From contig CAWBMP010000002.1 in NCBI GenBank assembly GCA_963790025.1, positions 1-64,000 on the forward strand: 64,000 nucleotides of DNA. Reading direction: 5' to 3'. Within the stretch, counting starts at the first letter, position 1. Every line of letters begins with the position of its first letter. This document shows positions 10,236 through 18,644 of the stretch, piece after piece. The notes beneath the pieces are model-generated. The model was not told where the DNA came from and ran no database searches. It saw nothing but the letters and a program-made list of their open reading frames with translations. The position numbers and the translations under genes are program-made. Origin of the DNA: Nitrospirota bacterium. Lineage in GTDB: Bacteria > Nitrospirota > Thermodesulfovibrionia > Thermodesulfovibrionales > Dissulfurispiraceae.

Positions 10236-12214
10236 GTGAGCGCATCGGTGTGTACGTCTGTCGCTGCGGCGGCAATATTTCTGAAAAAATTGATATTAAA
10301 ACTGTAACTTCTTTTGCTCTTGGGCAGCCCGATGTCGTTGTTGCCGGTAACAATGTTTTTATGTGTTCATCGAGAGGCCAGGAATTGATACACCGGGAAA
10401 TCAGCGAGAAAAACCTTACCAGAATTGTTGTCGCCGCCTGTTCTCCGCACCTGCACGAGGTGACTTTCGCGACCGTATGTGCCAGAGCCGGGCTCAATCC
10501 ATATCTCTTCGAAATGGCTAATATCAGGGAGCAGGATGCATGGAGCACCTCCGATTCCAAAGCGGCGACCGAAAAGGCGAAGGCATTGGTAGCAGCCGCC
10601 ATATCAAGGGTAAGACACCAGATACCTTTGCAGAAAGTAAGAGTTGAAATGACACCAGCCGCGCTTGTTATAGGCGGCGGGATCGCCGGTATCACCGCGG
10701 CACTTGAAATAGCCAACTCAGGGAAACGGGTATATCTTATCGAACGCGAATCATCCCTCGGAGGTCATATGGCCCAGCTTGACAGGATGTTCCCCACCCT
10801 CGACTGTTCGGATTGCCTGCTCACGCCGAAAATGGCGGCAGCAGGAATGCACCCGAATATTAGCCTTTTCACATATAGCGAAGTGGAGGAAGTAAAGGGA
10901 TTTATCGGAAATTTCGAGGTAAAGATACGGAAAAAGGCACGATATATCGATGAAGCCCGCTGTATCCAGTGCGGCATCTGCCAGCAGAAATGCCCCGAGA
11001 CTTTTGTGGATTCCGGTTTTGAGGCCGGGATGGGCTGTCGGAAGGCCTGTTCTATTCCGTTTGTTGAAGCGGTCCCTAAATATCCGGTGATTAATAAAGA
11101 ACGCTGTCTCTATTTCAAGACCGGTGGGTGCAGAATATGCGCACTGGAATGTCCTACAGGGGCCATCGACTTCGCACAGGCTGACGAGATGGTAACTATC
11201 AAGGCAGGGGCTGTAATCCTTGCAACAGGCTACGACTTATTTGACGCACAACAAGTGCCTCAATACGGTTACGGCAGATATGCAAACGTTTTTACGAGCC
11301 TGGAGTTTGAGCGCATGCTGAATACGGCTGGACCGACGGGCGGCAAAGTGGTGCTCCGCGATGGACGCACCGTGCCCCGCAGCGTCGGGATAATACATTG
11401 TGTGGGAAGCCGCGACAAAAACTACCGCGAATATTGCTCCAGGATTTGCTGCATGTACTCACTCAAGTTCGCCCACTTTATCAAAGAACGAACAGAAGCG
11501 CAGGTGTACAATTTCTATGTGGATATGCGGGCTGGGGGGAAGGCATACGAAGAATTTTATCAGAAGCTCCTCGAAGACGGAGTTAATTTTATAAGAGGAC
11601 GGGCCGCAGCAGTCATGGATACGGCCTTTACTCCGGCTGAAGAAGGGAAGCTCGTAGTCCAGACAGAAGACACCCTGCTTGGAATTCAGCGGCGTGTTCC
11701 CGTCGATATGGTCATCCTGAGCCCTGCAATGGAGGCCGGTAAAGGCTCAAAGAAAACAGCGAAATTGTTCGGCCTCGAATGCACTGCAGGCGGCTTCTTT
11801 TCCGAGAAGCATGCCAAACTTGAACCGGTGGGTACATTGAAAGAGGGAGTTTTCATAGCCGGGACGTGTCAGGGACCGAAAGATATTAATGATACCATTA
11901 CACAGTCAGGGGCTGCTGCTGCGCGGGTAATGTCGCTGATCAATAAACCGTTTGTTGAACTGGAGCCGTTTATGGCCCATGTAGAGAGGGAGAAGTGCAG
12001 CGGATGCCGTATCTGCACCTCCATCTGCCCTTATGGCGCAATTCATTTTAACGAAGAAGACAACACTGCCGAGGTCAATCAGGCCCTCTGCCAGGGATGC
12101 GGGACCTGTGTTGCCGCCTGCCCGAGCCAGGCTATTTACGGTTCTCATTTTACTGATCAACAAATAATGGCCGAAATCGAAGGCGTATTGTACGACAAAA
12201 GAGATAGCAGATGA
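10232..12214 (+). CDS. hdrA: Heterodisulfide reductase subunit A (flavin electron-bifurcating)
   Basis: IGVYVCRCGGNI, ACSP, GGGIAGITAA FAD site, FPTLDCSDC, HCVGSRD...YCSRICC, internal and C-terminal ferredoxin motifs. Confidence 0.95.
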   Translation: MSERIGVYVCRCGGNISEKIDIKTVTSFALGQPDVVVAGNNVFMCSSRGQELIHREISEKNLTRIVVAACSPHLHEVTFATVCARAGLNPYLFEMANIREQDAWSTSDSKAATEKAKALVAAAISRVRHQIPLQKVRVEMTPAALVIGGGIAGITAALEIANSGKRVYLIERESSLGGHMAQLDRMFPTLDCSDCLLTPKMAAAGMHPNISLFTYSEVEEVKGFIGNFEVKIRKKARYIDEARCIQCGICQQKCPETFVDSGFEAGMGCRKACSIPFVEAVPKYPVINKERCLYFKTGGCRICALECPTGAIDFAQADEMVTIKAGAVILATGYDLFDAQQVPQYGYGRYANVFTSLEFERMLNTAGPTGGKVVLRDGRTVPRSVGIIHCVGSRDKNYREYCSRICCMYSLKFAHFIKERTEAQVYNFYVDMRAGGKAYEEFYQKLLEDGVNFIRGRAAAVMDTAFTPAEEGKLVVQTEDTLLGIQRRVPVDMVILSPAMEAGKGSKKTAKLFGLECTAGGFFSEKHAKLEPVGTLKEGVFIAGTCQGPKDINDTITQSGAAAARVMSLINKPFVELEPFMAHVEREKCSGCRICTSICPYGAIHFNEEDNTAEVNQALCQGCGTCVAACPSQAIYGSHFTDQQIMAEIEGVLYDKRDSR

Positions 12215-12250
12215 GAATACTGGTTCACTCATTTACTCGTTCACGATTTT

Positions 12251-12667
12251 ATGAAAGAAAATCTTTATGAGCCGGTAATTGTCGGTTTTTTTTGCAACTG
12301 GTGCACTTACCGGGCTGCGGATTCCGCCGGAACTGCACGCATCCATAGTGCTCCCAACCTGCGTATTATTCGCGTAATGTGCAGCGGCAGGGTTGAGCCG
12401 CACTTCGTGCTCAAGGCATTGAGGGAGGGCGCCGATGGAGTGCTCATAGCTGCTTGCCATCGCAGGGAATGCCATTACGAAACAGGAAATACTAACGCAT
12501 TGCTGCGGTTCGCTTTGCTGAGAAAACTTATTGGTCAATTCGGGATAGAAACCGGGCGCATCAGGTTTGTCGGGATCTCCGTATCAGAAGGAAAGTCACT
12601 TGCCTCTATAATTGATACAATGACTGCCGACCTAAGAACTCTCGGACCTCTGAAATGGGAAGACTAA
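12251..12667 (+). CDS. mvhD: Hydrogenase [2Fe-2S] subunit MvhD
   Basis: FCNWCTY.AAD, IRVMCSGRV, GADGV...C...CHY..GN. Confidence 0.92.
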   Translation: MKENLYEPVIVGFFCNWCTYRAADSAGTARIHSAPNLRIIRVMCSGRVEPHFVLKALREGADGVLIAACHRRECHYETGNTNALLRFALLRKLIGQFGIETGRIRFVGISVSEGKSLASIIDTMTADLRTLGPLKWED

Positions 12668-12735
12668 TCAAGCTCATTATATCTTTATAGAATCATTACT
12701 TCCCTATACCTTAAAATTTTGCCTTAAAATTTCTC

Positions 12736-12764
12736 TTGACCATTTATCTTACGGACAGTATAAT
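12736..12764 (+). promoter_or_regulatory. Sigma70 promoter P1 upstream of hyb operon
   Basis: TTGACC-N17-TATAAT. Confidence 0.65.
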
Positions 12765-12859
12765 GTCACTAATTTATTAACATATTAATGATAGTAACCT
12801 ATATTAATTGTGAATTCATTATGAGTATGTCGCGAACACCGGGGACCAGGTATTTTAAC

Positions 12860-12887
12860 TTGACATTTGTTTTGTTAATAGTATAAT
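12860..12887 (+). promoter_or_regulatory. Sigma70 promoter P2 upstream of hyb operon
   Basis: TTGACA-N16-TATAAT. Confidence 0.65.
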
Positions 12888-12971
12888 AAAAATCTTAAAA
12901 TGACATATTTGTTGGCTGTTCCTTATCAACAGACTCAGGCATTCGAAAAAAACTCAGGGAGGTAGGGGTCT

Positions 12972-14093
12972 ATGCAAAATAGTGACTCTGAAGAAGTCAG
13001 GAAAAAGCTTGGTGGTGTCTCACGAAGAGATTTTCTGAAGTTTTGCACGGTTATGGCAGCAACTATGGGGTTGCCTCTAGGCATGGGTGCCAAGATTGCT
13101 GAAGCTATCAGCAATCCTAAACGTCCGCCGGTTATCTGGCTTTCATTCCAGGAATGCACCGGCTGCGTGGAATCATTGCTGCGTTCGACGCATCCAACAC
13201 TCGAACACCTTATTCTCGATCTTATCTCGCTCGATTATTCTGAAACACTTTGCGTTCCGTCCGGACATCAGGCAGAATTGTCAAAACAGCAATCGATCGA
13301 GGCCAACAAAGGAAAGTTTATTCTGGTGGTGGACGGTTCTGTACCAACAAAGGACAACGGTATATACTGCAAAATTGCAGGAAAGACTGCCCTGCAAATC
13401 CTCAATGAAGTGGCCCCTCATGCGGGCGCCATTGTAGCGATGGGATCATGTGCCTCATGGGGTGGCATACCTACTTCATCCCCAAATCCTACGGAGGCAA
13501 AACCCATTTCCGAAATTTTGAAGGGCAAGACCGTTGTTTCCATCCCAGGCTGCCCTCCGAGCCCGTATAATCTCCTGTCGACAGTGCTGCATTTCGTTAC
13601 CTTCAAAAAACTGCCGGCGCTTGATGACAAAGGAAGGCCTCAGTTCGCCTACGGACGGCTTATCCACGAGAACTGCGAGAGGAGACCTCACTTTGATGCG
13701 GGCCGCTTCGCGATGAAGTTCGGAGACGAAGGGCACAGAAGCGGATTCTGCCTTTACAAGCTCGGCTGCAAAGGTCCGGAAACATTCAATAATTGTCCTT
13801 CCATACTCTACGGTGATACCGGATCAGGCACCTGGCCTGTTGGGGTCGGGCATCCATGTTTCGGCTGCTCGGAAAAGAGCGTCGGATTCGAGAAACCTCT
13901 CTTCCAACTGGCGAATTTGCAGCACTTTGCGCCTCCTGCAACATATCCGAGCATTACCGCTGAAAAGGCCGGTGGAGCGACTGTTTTTGGCGCAGCACTT
14001 GCAGCCGGTGTTGCTGGACTTGCAATAGGCGCCGGCTCAAAAGTTGTGAACAAGCTGGGCGAGGAAGATAAAAAAGATACAAAGGAGAGGTAG
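12972..14093 (+). CDS. hybO: Hydrogenase-2-type (group 1) small subunit, Tat exported
   Basis: SRRDFLKFC Tat motif, QECTGC, PGCPP, HENCERR, CLYKLGCKGP, HPCFGC, C-terminal TM anchor. Confidence 0.92.
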   Translation: MQNSDSEEVRKKLGGVSRRDFLKFCTVMAATMGLPLGMGAKIAEAISNPKRPPVIWLSFQECTGCVESLLRSTHPTLEHLILDLISLDYSETLCVPSGHQAELSKQQSIEANKGKFILVVDGSVPTKDNGIYCKIAGKTALQILNEVAPHAGAIVAMGSCASWGGIPTSSPNPTEAKPISEILKGKTVVSIPGCPPSPYNLLSTVLHFVTFKKLPALDDKGRPQFAYGRLIHENCERRPHFDAGRFAMKFGDEGHRSGFCLYKLGCKGPETFNNCPSILYGDTGSGTWPVGVGHPCFGCSEKSVGFEKPLFQLANLQHFAPPATYPSITAEKAGGATVFGAALAAGVAGLAIGAGSKVVNKLGEEDKKDTKER

Positions 14094-14096
14094 GCC

Positions 14097-15050
14097 ATGG
14101 ATATAGAGAGAAGAAACTTCCTGAAAGGAGTAGCCTGCGGCGGACTGATGTTGGCAACGGGAGTCCCTGCAGCCCTTGCTGCGGAAGGACCTCGCAAGAG
14201 CCTGCCTCCTGATGCGGTTGGTTTCCTTTATGATGCCACACTTTGCATAGGTTGCAAAGCCTGCGTTTCCGCATGCAAAAAGTATAATGATATGCCGGTC
14301 GAACATTCAACAGGAGACCAGATTTATGATAACCCAATAGATCTTTCGTCCAAAACTCTGAATATCATAAAGCTGTATCAATCCGGCCAAGGCGGCGAAA
14401 AGGACAAAGAAAACGGGTTTTCATTCGTTAAAAGACAGTGCATGCACTGCGTTGACCCATCCTGCATTTCTGCGTGTCCCGTTTCGGCCCTGAAGAAAGA
14501 CCAGCAAAGCGGCATTGTGACCTATAATAAGGATGCCTGTATAGGATGCCGGTACTGCCAGCTTGCCTGTCCCTATGATGTACCGAAATTCGAGTATGAC
14601 AAGGCGTTCCCACAGATCAGGAAATGCCAGCTCTGCGCTCATCGCATGAAAGAAGGCAAGTATGCGGCGTGCGCCGAGTTCTGTCCTACCGGATCCACGG
14701 TCTATGGTAAGGTCAACGACCTGCTAGAAGAAGCTAAGCGGAGATTGAGCCTCAAGGCCGGTGCGGACGCCAAATTCCCTATCGCCAAACTCGGTTCTGC
14801 ACAGGTAAACAAACGTCCTGCTGCACAGTACCTTCCTCATGTATTCGGTGAAAAAGAAGGCGGCGGCACGCAGATACTTATGCTTTCTGCAGTGCCTTTT
14901 GACAAACTCGGCCTCCCTGATCTCCCGGAGACTTCGGATGCATCGAAGTCGGAACATATTCAGCACACGATATACAAAGGAATGATAGGGCCTGCAGTAT
15001 TGCTGGCCGGGTTGCTGGCTACCGTATATAAAAACACTAAAGATAAGTAA
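14097..15050 (+). CDS. hybA: Hydrogenase-2 ferredoxin subunit
   Basis: RRNFLK Tat; CIGCKAC, CMHCVDPSC, CIGCRYC, KCQLC. Confidence 0.92.
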   Translation: MDIERRNFLKGVACGGLMLATGVPAALAAEGPRKSLPPDAVGFLYDATLCIGCKACVSACKKYNDMPVEHSTGDQIYDNPIDLSSKTLNIIKLYQSGQGGEKDKENGFSFVKRQCMHCVDPSCISACPVSALKKDQQSGIVTYNKDACIGCRYCQLACPYDVPKFEYDKAFPQIRKCQLCAHRMKEGKYAACAEFCPTGSTVYGKVNDLLEEAKRRLSLKAGADAKFPIAKLGSAQVNKRPAAQYLPHVFGEKEGGGTQILMLSAVPFDKLGLPDLPETSDASKSEHIQHTIYKGMIGPAVLLAGLLATVYKNTKDK

Positions 15051-15059
15051 GGGGAATAT

Positions 15060-16241
15060 ATGGAAGAATGCAAACTTACAGGTGGTGAATGCAAACCTAT
15101 AGCCGGTAAAATCGTGACAAAGCCATTTCTCTTTTTTCTGGCTGTAGCGCTTATTGCCGGGATATTTTTGATCAAGCGCTTCATATTCGGGATCGGATCG
15201 GTTTCCCATCTCAACGATGGCTATCCATGGGGCGTATGGATTGTTTATGATGTTATGATCGGTACCGCGATCGGCTGCGGCGGATACTCGATGGCGCTTC
15301 TTGTCTACGTCTTTAACAAGGGCGCCTATCATCCCCTTGTCCGGTCTGCGCTAATGGCCGGCATGTTCGGCTATACCCTTGCAGCAGTCTCGGTGTTCTT
15401 CGACATAGGCCGTTACTGGCAGATGTACAATATCTTTCTGCCGTGGTATGTAAATTTGAATTCGGTTATGCTCGAAGTGGCGCTGTGCATAGCTGCTTAT
15501 GTGGGAGTAATGTGGGTAGAGTTCTCGCCGGCTTTCCTCGAAAAACTGAACAGCCCGGCAAAGAGCACAGTCAATAAAATCATGTTCATCTTTATCGCAT
15601 TGGGCGTGCTGTTGCCGACAATGCACCAGTCTTCCCTCGGTTCCCTTATGATAATCGCGGGCAGAAAGGTGGATCCCTTATGGCAGACAGGTTTTCTTCC
15701 GCTCCTTTTCCTGATTTCCGCCATTACCATGGGATTTGCAGTGGTGATCTTTGAGTCGATCATGTCCACAGTAGGTTTCAGGAGGCCGCCGGAGACGCAC
15801 CTGCTGTCAAAATTGAGCGTCGTTATTCGCAATCTCCTCATAGGCTGGCTCATAATCCGCTTTGGAGACCTCATCTGGAGGGGGCAGTTGGGACATATGT
15901 TCGGCGCGAATCTGCAGAGCATAATGTTCGATATTGAGATCATATTGTTTGTGGTCCCGGTCGTCATTCTGTCGAGTGCAGCCAACAGGGCAAAGCAGAG
16001 CAAGCTTTTTGTGGCAGCCTCATCCATGCTGGTGGCAGGCAGCGTTTATCGCTTCAATGCTGCCCTGGTCGGTTTTAACCCAGGACCGGGTTTTCACTAC
16101 TTCCCCTCTTTCCAGGAACTGTGGATCACGCTGGGAATAATTTCGGTAGAGATAATGGTGTATTTAATATTTGTTAAAAGATTGCCTGTGCTGCCGGACA
16201 TGAGCCATGGTCATACTGCAGCGGCCAACCGCAAGGCATAG
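15060..16241 (+). CDS. hybB: Hydrogenase-2 membrane subunit (NrfD family)
   Basis: LNDGYPWGVWIVYDV, YHPLVRSA, LPTMHQSSLG; multiple TM helices. Confidence 0.92.
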   Translation: MEECKLTGGECKPIAGKIVTKPFLFFLAVALIAGIFLIKRFIFGIGSVSHLNDGYPWGVWIVYDVMIGTAIGCGGYSMALLVYVFNKGAYHPLVRSALMAGMFGYTLAAVSVFFDIGRYWQMYNIFLPWYVNLNSVMLEVALCIAAYVGVMWVEFSPAFLEKLNSPAKSTVNKIMFIFIALGVLLPTMHQSSLGSLMIIAGRKVDPLWQTGFLPLLFLISAITMGFAVVIFESIMSTVGFRRPPETHLLSKLSVVIRNLLIGWLIIRFGDLIWRGQLGHMFGANLQSIMFDIEIILFVVPVVILSSAANRAKQSKLFVAASSMLVAGSVYRFNAALVGFNPGPGFHYFPSFQELWITLGIISVEIMVYLIFVKRLPVLPDMSHGHTAAANRKA

Positions 16242-16266
16242 ATAAAAAATAGGAGGATATTCTCTA

Positions 16267-17967
16267 ATGTCAAAAAGAATCACAGTTGATCCGGTTACAA
16301 GAATCGAAGGTCATCTAAGAATAGACTGTCAGGTCGACAACGGCCATGTGACAAACGCATGGTCCTCAGGGCAAATGTGGCGCGGCATCGAAGTCATCCT
16401 GAAAGGAAGAGACCCGCGCGAGGCATGGCTTTTTACACAGAGGATATGCGGCGTATGCACGACCGTCCATGCGCTTGCATCCGTCAGGGCCGTTGAGAAT
16501 GCGCTGAACCTGGAAATACCTCTCAACGCGCAGTATATTAGAAATCTGATTATTGCAGCACACTGTATCCACGACCATATCGTCCACTTTTATCACCTCT
16601 CCGCCCTTGACTGGGTGGACATCGTATCTGCGCTCAAGGCCGACCCCAACAAGACCGCACAGCTTGCGCAAAGCGTGTCCTCGTGGCACATGAACAGCAA
16701 GCAGGTGTTCAAAGAGACTCAGGACAGGCTCAAGACGTTTGTCGGCACGGGGCAACTCGGAGTATTCGCCAACGGATACTGGGGACACCCGGCAATGAAG
16801 CTTTCTCCGGAGGTCAATCTTCTCGCTTCAGCCCACTATCTGCAGGCACTCGAATTACAGCGCAGGGCCAACATGATAGTATCGATCCTGGGAGGAAAGA
16901 CGCCCCATATCCAGAATCTTGCCGTGGGCGGCGTTTCAAATCCTATAAACCTGGACAGCGAAGGCACACTTAACATGGAAAGGCTGTACTACGTTAAGAC
17001 ACTCATCGATGAACTCGGCGATTTTGTCAACAATGTATATTTTGTGGATGTTTGCGCAGTAGGAGCGTTCTATGCAGAGTGGACAAAGTATGGGGCTGGA
17101 GTGACAAATTTCCTTTCCGTTCCTGAATTCCCGATGGACACAAAGGGTACGGTATTTCAACACCCCGGAGGATATATAGAGAACGGCAACCTCGCCGGCT
17201 TCAAACCCATCAAGTCTTTCCATGACGATCTTTTCAAGAACGGCGTCAAGGAGAGCATTAAACACGCCTGGTACAACGGCGACTGGGACAGGCATCCGTG
17301 GGACGAGGAGACAGTGCCGCACTATACCGATTTCCAGGACAACGGGAAATATTCATGGGTGAAGGCCCCGAACTTTAACGGGAAACCTGCCCAGGTAGGC
17401 CCTCTCTCCAATGTGCTCGCTATGTATGTAGCCGGCCATGCGCCAACCAAAAAATATACTGACAAGGCACTTGCCACCGTCAGCAAGCTCGCTGGTGCAA
17501 ATGTTCCTGTCACCGCGCTCCTCTCGACCATTGGCCGCCATGCTGCCAGGGCGGTGCGTTGCTGCGTAATGCACGAAACGCTGCAGCAACAGTGGCAGGC
17601 GCTTGTAAATAACATTGCAAAAGGCGATACCACAACCTTCAACCAGCCCGTATTCCCGAAAGGTGAGATAAAAGGCTTCGGCTTCCATGAGGCGCCGAGG
17701 GGCGTGCTTTCTCACTGGGTCGTTATCGAAGACGGGAAAATAAAGAATTACCAGTGTGTCGTGCCTTCCACATGGAATGCCGGCCCTAGGAGCGACAAGG
17801 ACGCACTCGGTCCGTACGAAGCGGCTCTTGTCGGCAACCCGGTTGCCGATCCAGAAAAGCCGCTTGAGGTATTGAGGACGGTACACTCTTTTGACCCGTG
17901 TCTGGCATGCGCCATCCATCTGGTAGACACAAACAACAAAGAGATTGTGAATGTAAAGGCGTTTTAG
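16267..17967 (+). CDS. hybC: Hydrogenase-2 large subunit
   Basis: DPVTRIEGHLRI, L1 QRICGVCTTVH, L2 SFDPCLACAIH. Confidence 0.95.
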   Translation: MSKRITVDPVTRIEGHLRIDCQVDNGHVTNAWSSGQMWRGIEVILKGRDPREAWLFTQRICGVCTTVHALASVRAVENALNLEIPLNAQYIRNLIIAAHCIHDHIVHFYHLSALDWVDIVSALKADPNKTAQLAQSVSSWHMNSKQVFKETQDRLKTFVGTGQLGVFANGYWGHPAMKLSPEVNLLASAHYLQALELQRRANMIVSILGGKTPHIQNLAVGGVSNPINLDSEGTLNMERLYYVKTLIDELGDFVNNVYFVDVCAVGAFYAEWTKYGAGVTNFLSVPEFPMDTKGTVFQHPGGYIENGNLAGFKPIKSFHDDLFKNGVKESIKHAWYNGDWDRHPWDEETVPHYTDFQDNGKYSWVKAPNFNGKPAQVGPLSNVLAMYVAGHAPTKKYTDKALATVSKLAGANVPVTALLSTIGRHAARAVRCCVMHETLQQQWQALVNNIAKGDTTTFNQPVFPKGEIKGFGFHEAPRGVLSHWVVIEDGKIKNYQCVVPSTWNAGPRSDKDALGPYEAALVGNPVADPEKPLEVLRTVHSFDPCLACAIHLVDTNNKEIVNVKAF

Positions 17968-17986
17968 ATTAAGTGTGTTTTTAGTA

Positions 17987-18044
17987 ATGGGCAGCGGCAA
18001 GATCTCTCCCAATTGGGCCCTCAAGCCTTCTTGCCGCTGCCCAT
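17987..18044. repeat. 16-bp perfect-stem hairpin between hybC and hybD
   Basis: ATGGGCAGCGGCAAGA (17987-18002) / TCTTGCCGCTGCCCAT (18029-18044). Confidence 0.85.
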
Positions 18045-18122
18045 AATTTTAGTCCCACCAAAGAATGCCGGAGTTGTCAAGAAAAAAATGATAGGCTTTA
18101 GCTTGCATTATAAGGAGAACAT

Positions 18123-18614
18123 ATGAATGCTTTGGTACTGGGTATCGGGAATATGCTGCTGATGGATGAGGCCGCAGGAGTGAAGGTGGTTGAGGACCTT
18201 CTCAACCGTTACCATATCCCCGGCGATGTCGAAGTAGTAGACGGAGGGACCGCAGGAATGGAGCTGCTCCATTATATTCAGAACAGAAAGCACGTTTTCA
18301 TTGTAGATGCCGCGAAGACCGGCAATGCACCCGGTACGATTGTGAAACTGGAAGGCAAGGCTGTTCCCGCCTTTTTCTGCAGGAAGATTTCTCCCCACCA
18401 GCTTGGGCTTTCCGACATTCTTGCTGCGGCCCAGTTGACTGATACAATGCCGGAGCATATAGTCCTTTTCGGCATCGAACCCAAGCGCATGGAAACTGGC
18501 CTCGAGTTGTCCGAAGAGGTACAGGGAAAAATAGGCATACTGACGGACATGGTAGTCGATGAGCTAAAATCGAACGGCTATAAAGTAGAACCCAAAAAAA
18601 GGATTAAGGGTTAA
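18123..18614 (+). CDS. hybD: Hydrogenase maturation protease HyaD/HybD
   Basis: VLGIGNMLLMDEAAGV, VDGGTAG, SPHQLGL. Confidence 0.9.
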   Translation: MNALVLGIGNMLLMDEAAGVKVVEDLLNRYHIPGDVEVVDGGTAGMELLHYIQNRKHVFIVDAAKTGNAPGTIVKLEGKAVPAFFCRKISPHQLGLSDILAAAQLTDTMPEHIVLFGIEPKRMETGLELSEEVQGKIGILTDMVVDELKSNGYKVEPKKRIKG

Positions 18615-18644
18615 GGGTTAACCCTCAGCCTTTTGCCTTTCTTT

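Noticed and set aside
12774..12890. Rex operator sites before hybO
   Set aside because: Only partial matches to TTGTGAA-N4-TTCACAA in very AT-rich DNA; not supportable
5313..17967. Selenocysteine recoding in Mvh/Hdr/Hyb subunits
   Set aside because: All metal-binding motifs have ordinary Cys and there are no in-frame TGA interruptions
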